The notes below the pieces were generated by a model. That model searched no databases. It was given only the letters and a program-made list of their open reading frames with translations, and was not told where the DNA came from. The translations under genes were made by a program, and so were the position numbers. From the NCBI GenBank assembly GCA_038321985.1, contig JBBQFN010000020.1:1-64000 (forward strand): a stretch of DNA of 64,000 bases, read 5' to 3'. Of this stretch, positions 1 through 10,351 are shown one piece after another. This stretch comes from Cyanophyceae cyanobacterium. GTDB taxonomy: Bacteria; Cyanobacteriota; Cyanobacteriia; Cyanobacteriales; Laspinemataceae. Numbering within the stretch: the first letter of the stretch is position 1; each line of letters opens with the position of its first letter.

Positions 1-451
1 ATTTTGACAACTTTCGGTTACGTCTTTTAGCAGCTTTTTCATCATAGTCATTATAAATTAGAGAGGTAGCCACTCAAAAACATTTAAACGCTCAGTAACT
101 AATTAGAAAAACTTATCACCAAAAAGTCTGAAGAGCCAAATAAATATTTTTTTTAGTGGTGCTCACCCAGATTAAGCGAAGAATTTAGATGATTATTATA
201 TCGCGTGTTTTATAGCATTTAGAAAAAAATGGAGGAGTGAGAGCGTCTGAATTTACCTAGTTTTGATTGACCTACTTTATGCTAGGGAGCGAGACCTTCC
301 CACTTCTGGTTTTAATAATACCTATAAGGGTTACCTTGGCCGAGGGGATTTGACTCAGATTAGGATAACTGTTAGGGAAATTAAAAAAATTGGAGAACGA
401 CAGTAATTCATTACTAGGAACATTCAGAAACTCTGCCTTTTGGCTTTATCT

Positions 452-1441
452 TCACGACTTAGGGAAGGGGGGAGATTGTGGCTCTCGTTGGGAGACTGCT
501 TTGAGCTTGGAATAGAAGTCGGAAGAGGTTTCCTCGGGGGTGAACTGGTGAATGGGACTATTGTTCACGATCGCCTCAAATGATTCCCCATTTTCTGGAT
601 CCTCGATTGGGCTGGTTTCCTCTGGAACGGCGGACTCCGGCGAGGGTTGCAGGTGGATGAAGGTGGATTTCAGGTTACGGATGGGCTGAAGTTGAGGGCG
701 ATCGAGCCAGAGGTCCCCGAGCAAATCGTCGGTATTAGGTGGGTTTATCGCATTGGAGGGGTGTCGAGGGGTGCCCGAGGCGTTGTCCTCAAGCACCCCT
801 GCGCTTACGGTCTCTTGTGTCCCTGGAGTGTTTATCACTGGGGGTGAGACGGATTTAGGTTCGGAATCTCCCTGGGCAATAGAGGAGAGTTCCGGTGATA
901 ACGGATGTGCCTGGGGGGGTTCGGAAGGAGTGGGGATGGGCGCTGCGGAGTCGGATCCAGAAGCATTCTCGGAGTCTGGGGCGATCGCCGGGGTTTCCAA
1001 GGAAGCACCCTGAGGGAAATTATCGCCAGATGTTGGCTGTTCCGAGGGCCGGGAGTCAAGGCTGGGAATGGCTCTGGAGAATAGTCCAGTTTGGGATAAT
1101 TCCGCAAATCCTTCTTTTAACGGCATCTCCTCGCTGGGGTCGGGGGTGCCTTTCCAACCTTTCGGCAGTTGACTAGACACTAACCGTTCAAATTCATGAT
1201 TGAAATGATAGAGGGCCTGATTTCGGCGTTTCCAACAGGCTAAAATATGGGTCACGGAAAGGGCTTTATAACGTCCTTGATATAAAGCCTCAATCGTTCC
1301 TAGACGCACCCAAGCTGCCGGATACTCCAGGAGCCATTCGGCAATCAATTCGTCGGTGCTGTAGCCGCCGAGATCGAAGCTATAGTGAGTCAACAGTGCC
1401 GCTGCAAGTGCAGTGGCAGTATCTTGGGCCGCTTTGTTCAT
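452..1441 (-). CDS. ftn6: Ftn6-like cyanobacterial cell division protein (DnaD-like N-terminal domain plus low-complexity Pro/Ser-rich linker)
   Basis: The N-terminal LLTHYSFDLGGY...WVRLGTIEALYQGRYKALSV...FERLV segment matches the cyanobacterial Ftn6 N-domain as I recall it. It is followed by a disordered region and a short conserved-looking C-terminus (PIHQFTP...FYSKLKAV). Confidence 0.55.
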   Translation of the reverse strand: MNKAAQDTATALAAALLTHYSFDLGGYSTDELIAEWLLEYPAAWVRLGTIEALYQGRYKALSVTHILACWKRRNQALYHFNHEFERLVSSQLPKGWKGTPDPSEEMPLKEGFAELSQTGLFSRAIPSLDSRPSEQPTSGDNFPQGASLETPAIAPDSENASGSDSAAPIPTPSEPPQAHPLSPELSSIAQGDSEPKSVSPPVINTPGTQETVSAGVLEDNASGTPRHPSNAINPPNTDDLLGDLWLDRPQLQPIRNLKSTFIHLQPSPESAVPEETSPIEDPENGESFEAIVNNSPIHQFTPEETSSDFYSKLKAVSQREPQSPPFPKS

Positions 1442-1640
1442 TTTGATGATGGCCTACCGGGTATCCCCAATTTTCTCTACCATGGGCGAGTTTGACTACT
1501 GCAATGGTCTCTCAATCCTACATCTGCGATCGCCCCTAGTAGCAGCTTTTGATATCTGAATCGGTGGAAATCCCGCTCAGACCCTCTTGAGAGTAGCAGA
1601 GGAAGGGTATAGCCTCGGCCCTAGGGGTCCCAGGCCGCCC

Positions 1641-4600
1641 TCAAACGGGAGCAACCACGGTGCGATCGCGTCCCTCTTTTTTGGCGCGATACAGGGCGGC
1701 ATCTGCGGCTTTAATCACCAGGTCACCCTCGGTTCCGCAATCCGGGCAGGCCGCAACCCCCACGGATATCGTAATCTGATCCAGGTTTTGACCCCGATGC
1801 GAGATTTTCAATTCCTTGATCCCTTGGCGAAGGGCCTCGGCTCTAGAGGCAGCATCCTTTAAATCCGCATCCGGTAGAATCAGGGTCAACTCTTCCCCCC
1901 CATAGCGACAGGCAATGTCTGAAGTCCGGATACTCTGTTGCAAAAACGTGCCGAGTTCTCGCAACACTGCATCACCCGCATCATGACCAAAGGTATCGTT
2001 AAACAGCTTAAACCGATCTACATCAATCATTACAACCGCCAGCGATCGCTCGGTTCGCAAGGAGCGGTGGATCTCCCGCTTCAAAGACTCTTCCAGATAT
2101 CGTCGGTTAAATAACCCCGTCAGGGGGTCCCGAATGCTCTGATTGTGCAGGGTTTCGCGCAGCTTTAAATTGGCGAGGGCCAAAGACACCTGTTCGGAAA
2201 CTGTCCGCGCTAACTGGCGCTTCCCCGGGGTTAAATATCCCTCGTCTTCACTGGCTAAGTACAACATTCCCAGGGTCTCTCCTTGAGCAATCATCTGCAC
2301 ACACAGGGACTGGGCGGGGTTTTGATTGGAGTGAATATGTTTGCAGGCTAATCCGGCATTAGTGCGATCAATCCAATGCAGCCGACCCCTGCGTAATGCC
2401 CAACATTCACTCGGGGAGAATAGGGTCTGGGTGGGCAGTCCCTCCCCCCACTTCGCCCTTGCCTCTACCAAATTTTTGGACTCCGTGAGCATGAACACCG
2501 CACCGGATGTCCCTGGAAATAAAGGTTCCAAGAGGGTATCCAGGGCTTTGTAAGCCTCCTCTACGCTCAGGCAAGCTTGTAAAAATTCGTTCATCTGCCC
2601 CAGCATATCCATCTCTTGATTGCGAAGTTCCAGTTCGCTTACCCATCCCTTCAATTTGGCATTAGCTTGCTGCAACTCCTCTTCGGCTCGCTTACGAGAG
2701 GTGATATCCGTTGCTGTCCCTAGAATCTGATTGGGTACGCCTTCTGCATTTCTCGAAAAGACCATATCTCGGCTGATCAACCATCGCCAGCGATCGTGGG
2801 CGTCTTTGAGCCGATATTCCATTTCTAGAATTTCTTCCTCTTTTAAAAAAATCCGTCTTTGGAAATGCTCCCTGACTTGGGCTACATCATCAGGATGCAA
2901 CAAGTTGTGAAAAATCCTCTCTCCCATTTCCTCAATCTGTTCGGGGGTATAGTCGAGAATTTCCCCAATAGACCGATTTCTATAGACATCTTTCTGCTGC
3001 TCCATGTCATAAATATATAAAATATTTGGAGTAGTTTCGGCTATTCTTTGAATAAATCTCTGGCTAGAGAGCAGTTCGGTTTCGGCCTGTTTGCGTTCTT
3101 GAATTTCCCGCTTTAATTGCTCATTGGTGGCTTTTAATTCAGCGGTTCGTTCTTGGACTTTTATTTCTAATTCGTCCTTGGCTTCTTGTAACTCAGATTC
3201 GGCTCGACTGGCTCGGCCCAATTCGCTTTGGGCTTGGTGAAATAGGGTGGATTGATTGATGGCGATCGCCACTTGGGTTGCTAGTTTTTCTAGAAAATCA
3301 ATGTCTGAAGGATGCCATTTTCTCGGTTCCAAACAGTGATGGGCAATCAGCAATCCCCAGATATCTTCCCCTTGCAAAATGGGGACGACCAAGTTAGCCC
3401 GGACCTGAAACTGCTCTAAAAGCTGAATGTGGCAGGGGGTTAAGTTAGATTTATAAATATCATCGTTGGCTTTGGTTTCCCCTTTTTTATACGGAAGAAG
3501 TGTTGTTTCCTCAAAACAAAAATCTTGAATCGTTCTGCCCAAAATTGAGAGGTGTTTATCCCGAACGGATTCAACTTCTACCTTCCCACTCCAATCGGGA
3601 CAAAATTGATAAATAATCACGCGGTCGGTTTTCAGAAGCTGTCGGACTTGGGATACGGTGGTAGTGAGAATTTCATGAAGATTTAGGGATTCTCGGATTC
3701 GCAGGGCAATTTTATTCAGCAAGCGTTCTCGGGATGCCTGTTCGTGAAGTTTGGCCGTGCGAAGGTTGACTTCTTGTTCGAGTTGAATGTTACGACTATG
3801 CAACAATTCAACTTTTTCCGCTTGCAGTTTCCACACTTTTTGTTCTAGTCCATTAATCACTCCATACAGTTGACTCGGGTCGAGGGTTTGCATTAAAATC
3901 CCTTGAGTGATGATACCCAGGAGTTCTCCTTGATTTCCACAAATAACTAAGCGTTCGACCTGCCGTCTCTGCATTTGTTGATGGGCTGTCCAGACGGATT
4001 CTTGATGGTTTAAACACAAGAGGGGTTCGCTCATCACATCTGCGACTTGAATCTGCTCTAAGTCGAGTTCTAATGCCAGAAAATGCAAAATATCTCGTTC
4101 GGTCATCACTCCCACCGGCAGGCTAAATGAAGTGGGGTTCATTTCTGTTTCATCCCGGGGGAGTTCCGTATTCTCGGTGATAATGATCGAGGCCACTCGA
4201 TATTCAGCGATTAGTTGGGCAATCTGGAGAACAGAGGCGGTCGGCGGGGCGTGAATCACATTAGTTGCCATCACCTCTTCAACCCGTTTTCCCTTGAGTA
4301 AATCCGCTGGTTTAAGAACTTTACGAATGCTATCGAGGGTGACAAGTCCGCAGACCTTTCCGCTCTCGTCTAAAAGAGGGATATGACGAATTTTACGAGC
4401 TTGAAATATTTTTAATACACTAAAAATATCTCTAAATTCAGACTCTTTAAGGGTAACAAGATCTTGAGTCATGACCTCCCCAACGGTGATGGATTTTAAG
4501 TCAGTTTTTTTCGCTCCTAGTCTGACAATATCCCATTCAGTTAAGAGGCCAACGAGTTGGTCATTTTCAATCATCAAAAGGCACATCGGCCCAGTCTCTT

Positions 4601-4796
4601 CGGTTTCCCCGGAGTGGACCCAGGCTCCGGCAGGCAACCGGCAGGCTGTTTTTTCAGGTAGCATCAAGGCGATCGCCTCATGCAAGGGCGTTTCGGGGGA
4701 AAGGGTTATCAGGTTTCGCTCGATGGCGGTTTCGGGCGATAAAGAGGAAATGGGTAAATCTTTTAGCTGCATAGCAATTTGTTTTAGAGTAGACAT
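1641..4796 (-). CDS. Diguanylate cyclase with 4 CBS domains, a DXCF cyanobacteriochrome GAF, PAS, a second GAF and a GGDEF domain
   Basis: CBS pairs are present. The first GAF has the DFCF and PCH bilin motifs, and the PAS domain has LLHPDD...DITSRK. The C-terminus has RDPLTGLFNRRY, DVDRFKLFNDTFGHDAGD, an RTSD I-site and GGEEL. Confidence 0.92.
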   Translation of the reverse strand: MSTLKQIAMQLKDLPISSLSPETAIERNLITLSPETPLHEAIALMLPEKTACRLPAGAWVHSGETEETGPMCLLMIENDQLVGLLTEWDIVRLGAKKTDLKSITVGEVMTQDLVTLKESEFRDIFSVLKIFQARKIRHIPLLDESGKVCGLVTLDSIRKVLKPADLLKGKRVEEVMATNVIHAPPTASVLQIAQLIAEYRVASIIITENTELPRDETEMNPTSFSLPVGVMTERDILHFLALELDLEQIQVADVMSEPLLCLNHQESVWTAHQQMQRRQVERLVICGNQGELLGIITQGILMQTLDPSQLYGVINGLEQKVWKLQAEKVELLHSRNIQLEQEVNLRTAKLHEQASRERLLNKIALRIRESLNLHEILTTTVSQVRQLLKTDRVIIYQFCPDWSGKVEVESVRDKHLSILGRTIQDFCFEETTLLPYKKGETKANDDIYKSNLTPCHIQLLEQFQVRANLVVPILQGEDIWGLLIAHHCLEPRKWHPSDIDFLEKLATQVAIAINQSTLFHQAQSELGRASRAESELQEAKDELEIKVQERTAELKATNEQLKREIQERKQAETELLSSQRFIQRIAETTPNILYIYDMEQQKDVYRNRSIGEILDYTPEQIEEMGERIFHNLLHPDDVAQVREHFQRRIFLKEEEILEMEYRLKDAHDRWRWLISRDMVFSRNAEGVPNQILGTATDITSRKRAEEELQQANAKLKGWVSELELRNQEMDMLGQMNEFLQACLSVEEAYKALDTLLEPLFPGTSGAVFMLTESKNLVEARAKWGEGLPTQTLFSPSECWALRRGRLHWIDRTNAGLACKHIHSNQNPAQSLCVQMIAQGETLGMLYLASEDEGYLTPGKRQLARTVSEQVSLALANLKLRETLHNQSIRDPLTGLFNRRYLEESLKREIHRSLRTERSLAVVMIDVDRFKLFNDTFGHDAGDAVLRELGTFLQQSIRTSDIACRYGGEELTLILPDADLKDAASRAEALRQGIKELKISHRGQNLDQITISVGVAACPDCGTEGDLVIKAADAALYRAKKEGRDRTVVAPV

Positions 4797-5236
4797 ATAA
4801 AATAAATAAGTTATAACTTAATAGAAAGAATATTGGTAGCAAGTACGACAGACAAATGATAAAATAATCTTAGGCTCTCTATGCTTAAATTTTAATTTCC
4901 TCCCCTACCCATACTTATTGTTTTCTATGATAGGAAAACTGACATCCCTCCATAGAGGGAAGTGGGAAGTGAAATATTTAGCTAAAAAGTCCAGGACTGT
5001 AGACCTCCTGGATGCCCCCTTGCACCTGGGGAGGCGAGTCTATCTAGGCTGAGTAAAATCCCCCACCATCCCCTAACTTCCCAATCTCTTTTTTTCGGGT
5101 TAAGGGGGGCAAGACAACACTATTTCTGCCCTCTTTCCTGGCCTGGGAAGGAGGGGTTTGTTTTTTCCGATGAATTCAGGACAAAGCCGATAAACGGGGC
5201 GATCGCCGCCGGTATCCCGGACTCGTTATGACTCCT

Positions 5237-7726
5237 TTAATTTCGTGAGCGATCGCCGGTGGGAGAAAATCGGTTGCCCCCCCCGGACCAATTAAAATTA
5301 TTCAGTTGTAAACTCAGAGAACCCACTTCCCGTTCTGGACTAAAACGGAGATTCACCCCATAAGTGCGGCGACTGTATTCTAATGACAAATCGGTACTAA
5401 TTCGTTCCCCTGTATCCAAATTAAAGGAGCTTTGGACCCCAAATCTAAACGGTCCATAAATTTGCTGAGTTACGCCAGCCGTTAACACTTTAGAATCAGC
5501 AATTCGGTCGAATAAAAAGGGCGAAGCTCCATCTTGCCAAATCCGCGATAAGCTCACATTAAACCCGGTATAATCCAACCAACGACGGGAAAAATGCCCA
5601 AACTGCCCTTGTACTCCAATGCTGCCAGTGAGGGCATTTTGAGTGTCGTCAGAACCGTAAAGACTCGCCACCCCAGTTAATCCCCCAAAGACTCGCACGT
5701 AGGGAACGACGGGTGCCGGAGTATAGCGCAATCCTTCGGTAGGGGTACGGGGTAAGGCTTTGCCTTGCCAGATCAAAAAGCCTCGGGAAATGGCAGCAGA
5801 GGCTTGAAATCGGCTGGACTCAATGCGATTGTGAGTGCGCACGAGGGGGAGGAGGTCCGGGCGATCGCTATCGGCGCTGATGTATTGAGCACTAGCTTGA
5901 TAGCTGAGATTGATGCCGGTTGCCCCGAGGGTGATGCCTGGAGAGGTGAGGAGGAGGCCAAAATTTTGGTGGACGGTTTGATACCCTAAGGATCCATTAA
6001 AGAGGCGATCGCGATAATTATATTCCCCGGATACGGCGTGGGTTCCCACCATCTGTCGCACCCGTAAAGTGGCCCGTACACTATCTTCTTGGTCATTAAA
6101 ATCAAAATCGTTAAACCGCGCCTCTCCCACAATTGAAGTGGTCGGGGTGGGATTCGACGCTAAACGCGCTTTGAGTCCAAATAAACGGGAGGGGTTGCTA
6201 ATTCCGTCGGTCAAGGTGCGTTGAATATAATACTGGGGAATCAGGTTAACTTGGACGGGTCCGGTAGTTCCCAAAGGAATCACGGTCGTTTCAGCAAACA
6301 CACCGCCCCGGTCTTCTTGATCGTAACCAAAGCGTACTAAGGACGGGTCTTGATCGCTGCGATCGAGGATGATTCTTTCTCTCAATAAGGGAATCGAAAT
6401 GCGATCGTCAAAGACTAACCGAGGATTTTTGGCAAAAATCTCATCTTGTAAGGGAGAGAGGGGACGGAATGTTGCCCGGGGCGATCGCAACTCTAACTCT
6501 GGAGGGGAAAACGGATCGTTCGTCATCCGAACATTCGTGCCTTCCCACCCTAGATCATTGAAATTAAGGCGATCGGCTTCAAAGCGAAAACGATCAATGG
6601 TTCCGGCAGCGCTAGGAAGACTCGGCCCCCCACCGGCACCCCCTCCAAAGGTAATCCCCCCAGCCGGAGTAATTCTTCTAGGGGGTTCTCCGGCCCGGAG
6701 TCGGTCCATAATATCTTGTTGTTGCAAAGCGGTTGCTGAGACATCCGTGGGGAGGGTGGGAGAAAAGTCTTCAGCGGTGGTGGGGGTAAAAATATCACCC
6801 TTGGCCCCATCAATGCCGCCGCGATTTTGAACGAGGTCGTATTCAATGCGATCGCCTTGGAGCACTTGCTGTCCTTTGGCATAAACCGCATCTCCCTGGG
6901 CGATCGCCACCTGAGATTCTAAATTAATTTGCAGTCGTTCGGCATCGATCGCTGCGCCGCGCCCCCTCATCCGGGCATTCCCTTCTCCGGTGACTATTTG
7001 CCGTTCGTTATCAAACTCCTGGCGATCGGCTTTTAGTTCGAGGGTATCTGCGGGGGCGATCGTCGGGGGGTTGGCGGATGCCTGGGAAGGGGGCGGAACT
7101 TGTGACCTGATCGCCCCCGGTTCCGGTGAAGTCACCGGTTGACCATTGGCCGGTTTGGTCTCAACATCGGGTGTAGGAACGGTCTCTGGGGAAGTTACCA
7201 CGGGACGACCCTCGGCGATCGCCTCTGGGGGATACACATCCCGAGTCTGGGGTTCCGAGCCCGTCACCGATTCCGCACGCGATCGCGTTTCTTGTAAGCC
7301 AGAGGCTGTACGAAGCGTCCACCTCAAGCCAATCGATAAAGCATCGCTGGCCTCAGAATCTGGTTCTTTTTGTGAAGGAGAACCCATTTCCGATGAAGGA
7401 GATTCGAGGTTAGGTAATTGCTTGGGTTCGGCCTGGGTTATTTGATTGTCAGAGGAATTTTCTAGTTTTTTTGTCCCCCCACTGACCGGAGATTCAACCC
7501 GTTTTAGAGGAGAGGTAATTTCTAAAGGCGGACCTAAAAGTGCCGCAGAACTGACTCCTAGGGAGGGTTCGGCCCTCAGAGTTTCCGGGGGTGTGGGATG
7601 AATGGGTACCGATAACTCAGGTGTTGAATCATCCACTGAAGCTGCGATCGCCCCTGAGTTGAGAGAGTCGGCAGCAACAGGCGTAACAATAGCTGGGGGT
7701 GTCGGAGGCAGAACCGGGTAAGGCAT
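5237..7726 (-). CDS. DUF3769 / LptD(OstA)-like LPS-assembly outer-membrane protein
   Basis: OstA-like beta-jellyroll region (LELKADRQEFD...GEGNARM), RMTNDPFSPPELELR motif and a beta-barrel-like C-terminus. The likely start is the ATG at 7726 (MPYPVLPP), not the TTG at 7825. Confidence 0.75.
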   Translation of the reverse strand: MPYPVLPPTPPAIVTPVAADSLNSGAIAASVDDSTPELSVPIHPTPPETLRAEPSLGVSSAALLGPPLEITSPLKRVESPVSGGTKKLENSSDNQITQAEPKQLPNLESPSSEMGSPSQKEPDSEASDALSIGLRWTLRTASGLQETRSRAESVTGSEPQTRDVYPPEAIAEGRPVVTSPETVPTPDVETKPANGQPVTSPEPGAIRSQVPPPSQASANPPTIAPADTLELKADRQEFDNERQIVTGEGNARMRGRGAAIDAERLQINLESQVAIAQGDAVYAKGQQVLQGDRIEYDLVQNRGGIDGAKGDIFTPTTAEDFSPTLPTDVSATALQQQDIMDRLRAGEPPRRITPAGGITFGGGAGGGPSLPSAAGTIDRFRFEADRLNFNDLGWEGTNVRMTNDPFSPPELELRSPRATFRPLSPLQDEIFAKNPRLVFDDRISIPLLRERIILDRSDQDPSLVRFGYDQEDRGGVFAETTVIPLGTTGPVQVNLIPQYYIQRTLTDGISNPSRLFGLKARLASNPTPTTSIVGEARFNDFDFNDQEDSVRATLRVRQMVGTHAVSGEYNYRDRLFNGSLGYQTVHQNFGLLLTSPGITLGATGINLSYQASAQYISADSDRPDLLPLVRTHNRIESSRFQASAAISRGFLIWQGKALPRTPTEGLRYTPAPVVPYVRVFGGLTGVASLYGSDDTQNALTGSIGVQGQFGHFSRRWLDYTGFNVSLSRIWQDGASPFLFDRIADSKVLTAGVTQQIYGPFRFGVQSSFNLDTGERISTDLSLEYSRRTYGVNLRFSPEREVGSLSLQLNNFNWSGGGNRFSPTGDRSRN

Positions 7727-7847
7727 ATCTACAGAATTAGACTTAACAATGAATAGCCCAAACGCAAACCCTTTACCCCGGTTAGCGATGCTAGGGCAAC
7801 CTGTAGGCCGCCCCGGCGATCGCACTCAAGGTTTAAATATACCTTGA

Positions 7848-7964
7848 TTATTCGAGGTCGCGCCGTTTTGGGTTACGGGCCGGGTCTCCGTTTAGAAAGC
7901 CAAAGACGAATAAGGCCACGAAGAACGAGACAACAACATAAACAACGATTTTAAGGGTCACCAT
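7848..7964 (-). CDS. psbI: Photosystem II reaction centre protein I
   Basis: Manual translation gives [38 protein letters not shown] (38 aa). It is too short to appear in the ORF track. Confidence 0.97.
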   Translation of the reverse strand: MVTLKIVVYVVVSFFVALFVFGFLNGDPARNPKRRDLE

Positions 7965-8193
7965 ACAGATATCTCCGGTGTTGGGAAAAGCTGTGAGAGT
8001 TTACCATCAAGACTCTCCAGTTTTTTTATCATATCGGAAGGCTGTCCCGTTTTATTAAGAAATATTTTTGTCGGGTTCAATTTAGTTCAACTCATCAAGT
8101 TAGGTTTCTGGCACCCTCCCCCTGGGACGTCTCTGGGGGATAGGTCGTTCCCTGAACCTATCCCCAGGATTTGAGTTCACTTTCCAGGAAAAG

Positions 8194-8243
8194 AGGAACC
8201 CACTCTCCCCCTTCTTTCTGGGGAAGGGGAAGAGTGGGTTCCT
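8194..8243 (-). terminator. Strong hairpin, probable terminator of the 8327-10210 gene (possibly bidirectional)
   Basis: AGGAACCCACTCT / AGAGTGGGTTCCT arms plus CCCCTTC/GAAGGGG, flanked by A-rich and T-rich runs. Confidence 0.6.
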
Positions 8244-8326
8244 TTTCGGGTGACTCTCGTTGAAACTGGCCTACGGTTCCCTGCCTTTGTCCGGTTTGAA
8301 ACCCCGCAATTTGCCCTACTTCCCAG

Positions 8327-10210
8327 TTAACTAAACAGTTGTTGCCTTGCCCATTGCCACCCTTGAATAAGTTTCTCTTCTAGCCAGACTAGAATGCGAT
8401 CGAACCACTTCAATCCTTGCTCTAAGGGGTGCATAATGTATTCAAATTCGGCAATTTCCACATCGATCCAGTCGGTTTTTGGTTGATTTTGGACCTGGGG
8501 TGGCAATTTTGCTTTAGAGGAGACCGGAGGGGGAGTCGTGTTAACTCGGGGAGTGGGTTCGACACTGACTGCCGGAGTGGGGGTGACGGTTTTCCCGATG
8601 ACCGATCGCTGCTGTTGAACTCGGGCGCGATTGCTTTGGGCGGATTTGCTTCTCAATGATGCACTGGCCTGTGGGGAACGCCCGGTTCGGGTTGGAGGAG
8701 GCGGGGTCACAAATTCTTCGACTGCCTGTACTTCCCAAGCTGAGGTGGGTCTCTTGTTTAATTCTGGGTTACGGGGTAGCTGGCCGATCGCCGCTTTAGA
8801 TTCCAGGGGTAAAGGCTTGACAATTACCGAGTTTTGGGGTAACTTTTTCCCCGGGAACTTAGACTGACTTGATCGCGGCGCTGCCTGCTGCGCAGAGACA
8901 GGGGAGAGGCGATCGCTTCCTCCGGTTAAGGCATGATCCGATGCACCGAAGAAATAATCAACCCCTTCTTGAATCAACAGGTGCATTCGCAGGGAGAAAG
9001 AAGGATGGGCTTTGGACAGACCTGAAGGCGAGGTGTCTTGCGGGGGGTCGGTGACGAGGGCGATCGCCATTTTTTGAATCCCTTGGACAATGGACTCGCT
9101 GCCTTCTGCTACAGTCCGGGTGAGTGTTCCCCCTGGGGGAAATTGCATCCCTTCCAATCGGGCGACTGCTGCATCCATCACGAGGAATGCCCCATCAATT
9201 TTGGGGAGATGGCGAGATGGCGCGATCAACTTTGTTTCTGGAACCTCTCTCACTCCATCCGGTTGTAACACCAGGGGAGACGGTTGCAACAAATCCCCGA
9301 CTTTCGCCCAACTACGATCCAACAAATTGCCCACCGGGACGGGTTCAACCCCGGCGAATAGCTGACGCAACCCCTGAACTGGGGATAACTGTTTCCGCGA
9401 TTCTGACCCGGATAGTGCGGAATTTGTGGCGGTTGATCTTAGGAGTTGGGGTTTGAAATGGTACTCTACTGCTGCGAGTTCCCCCTCAATTCGGGCTTGC
9501 AATTGCTGCTGCTGGACTGGGGTAAGAATATTTAAAATTTGATTACGATCGCTGATCAGAACCAAGGTCCGAGTTTCTACCAAGGTAGCAATCCCTTGAA
9601 TCACTGGACGACTAGGGGCGATCGCTGAAGCGGCAGTTGCCACAGTCACTGACCCCTGGGTTGATGCAACCGGGACGAGGGTTCCTGGGCGATCGCTGCT
9701 TAATCCAAACCGGGCTAAAATTCTCCCGGGAATCCCGTTCAGTACCCGTTCACGAAGCCCCATCCCCTTTGAGGTTAAACCTAGAACGGCCTTCTCTTCG
9801 AGTTGGGGGCTGTTGCCCTGTTCTGTAACCGTGACTTGCCAGGATTCGCCTGCATTCGTTGTTGCCTGGGAGAGTGCCCAGACTTCCACGCCACTCAAGA
9901 CACGGGCGATCGCGCGATCTCCTGAATCGGTTTCCCGGGTGGGGTTGGGTTCTACCGTCCCTGCATTGGATTCAGCCGTTCCCAGGGTTTTTCCTGGGGA
10001 CTCCGACGGGTTCCCTTGTCCGGCTAATTGCTTTCCCAGAACCCGGGTGGCTTGGTACACTGCATAGACAGGAATCAGTAAATAATGGCCGCTGGTTTGG
10101 GCAATCCAGCGGATGTGCTGTCCCGCCTTTTCCAACCGCATCCCTAGTTTCCGGGACCCCGCTTGCAGAAAATTGAATAATTTACTTTGATATCGACCGG
10201 AAGAGGACAT
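8327..10210 (-). CDS. Hypothetical cyanobacterial protein (627 aa)
   Basis: Long ORF with an ATG start, MSSSGRYQSKLFNF N-terminus, an internal IQGIATLVETRTLVLI motif and a HPLEQGLKWFDRIL C-terminus. I cannot assign a function. Confidence 0.75.
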   Translation of the reverse strand: MSSSGRYQSKLFNFLQAGSRKLGMRLEKAGQHIRWIAQTSGHYLLIPVYAVYQATRVLGKQLAGQGNPSESPGKTLGTAESNAGTVEPNPTRETDSGDRAIARVLSGVEVWALSQATTNAGESWQVTVTEQGNSPQLEEKAVLGLTSKGMGLRERVLNGIPGRILARFGLSSDRPGTLVPVASTQGSVTVATAASAIAPSRPVIQGIATLVETRTLVLISDRNQILNILTPVQQQQLQARIEGELAAVEYHFKPQLLRSTATNSALSGSESRKQLSPVQGLRQLFAGVEPVPVGNLLDRSWAKVGDLLQPSPLVLQPDGVREVPETKLIAPSRHLPKIDGAFLVMDAAVARLEGMQFPPGGTLTRTVAEGSESIVQGIQKMAIALVTDPPQDTSPSGLSKAHPSFSLRMHLLIQEGVDYFFGASDHALTGGSDRLSPVSAQQAAPRSSQSKFPGKKLPQNSVIVKPLPLESKAAIGQLPRNPELNKRPTSAWEVQAVEEFVTPPPPTRTGRSPQASASLRSKSAQSNRARVQQQRSVIGKTVTPTPAVSVEPTPRVNTTPPPVSSKAKLPPQVQNQPKTDWIDVEIAEFEYIMHPLEQGLKWFDRILVWLEEKLIQGWQWARQQLFS

Positions 10211-10351
10211 AATTTTTAAGTTAATCAGTTTGTTAGTTGACGGATTTCATATTGACCATCAGCAATATGAAAGGCTGTAAGGGGTTTTTCTAAAAAATGC
10301 ATTGAGAACCCGAACCCCGTCATTTAATCATATCCAAATTTGAGCGAATTT

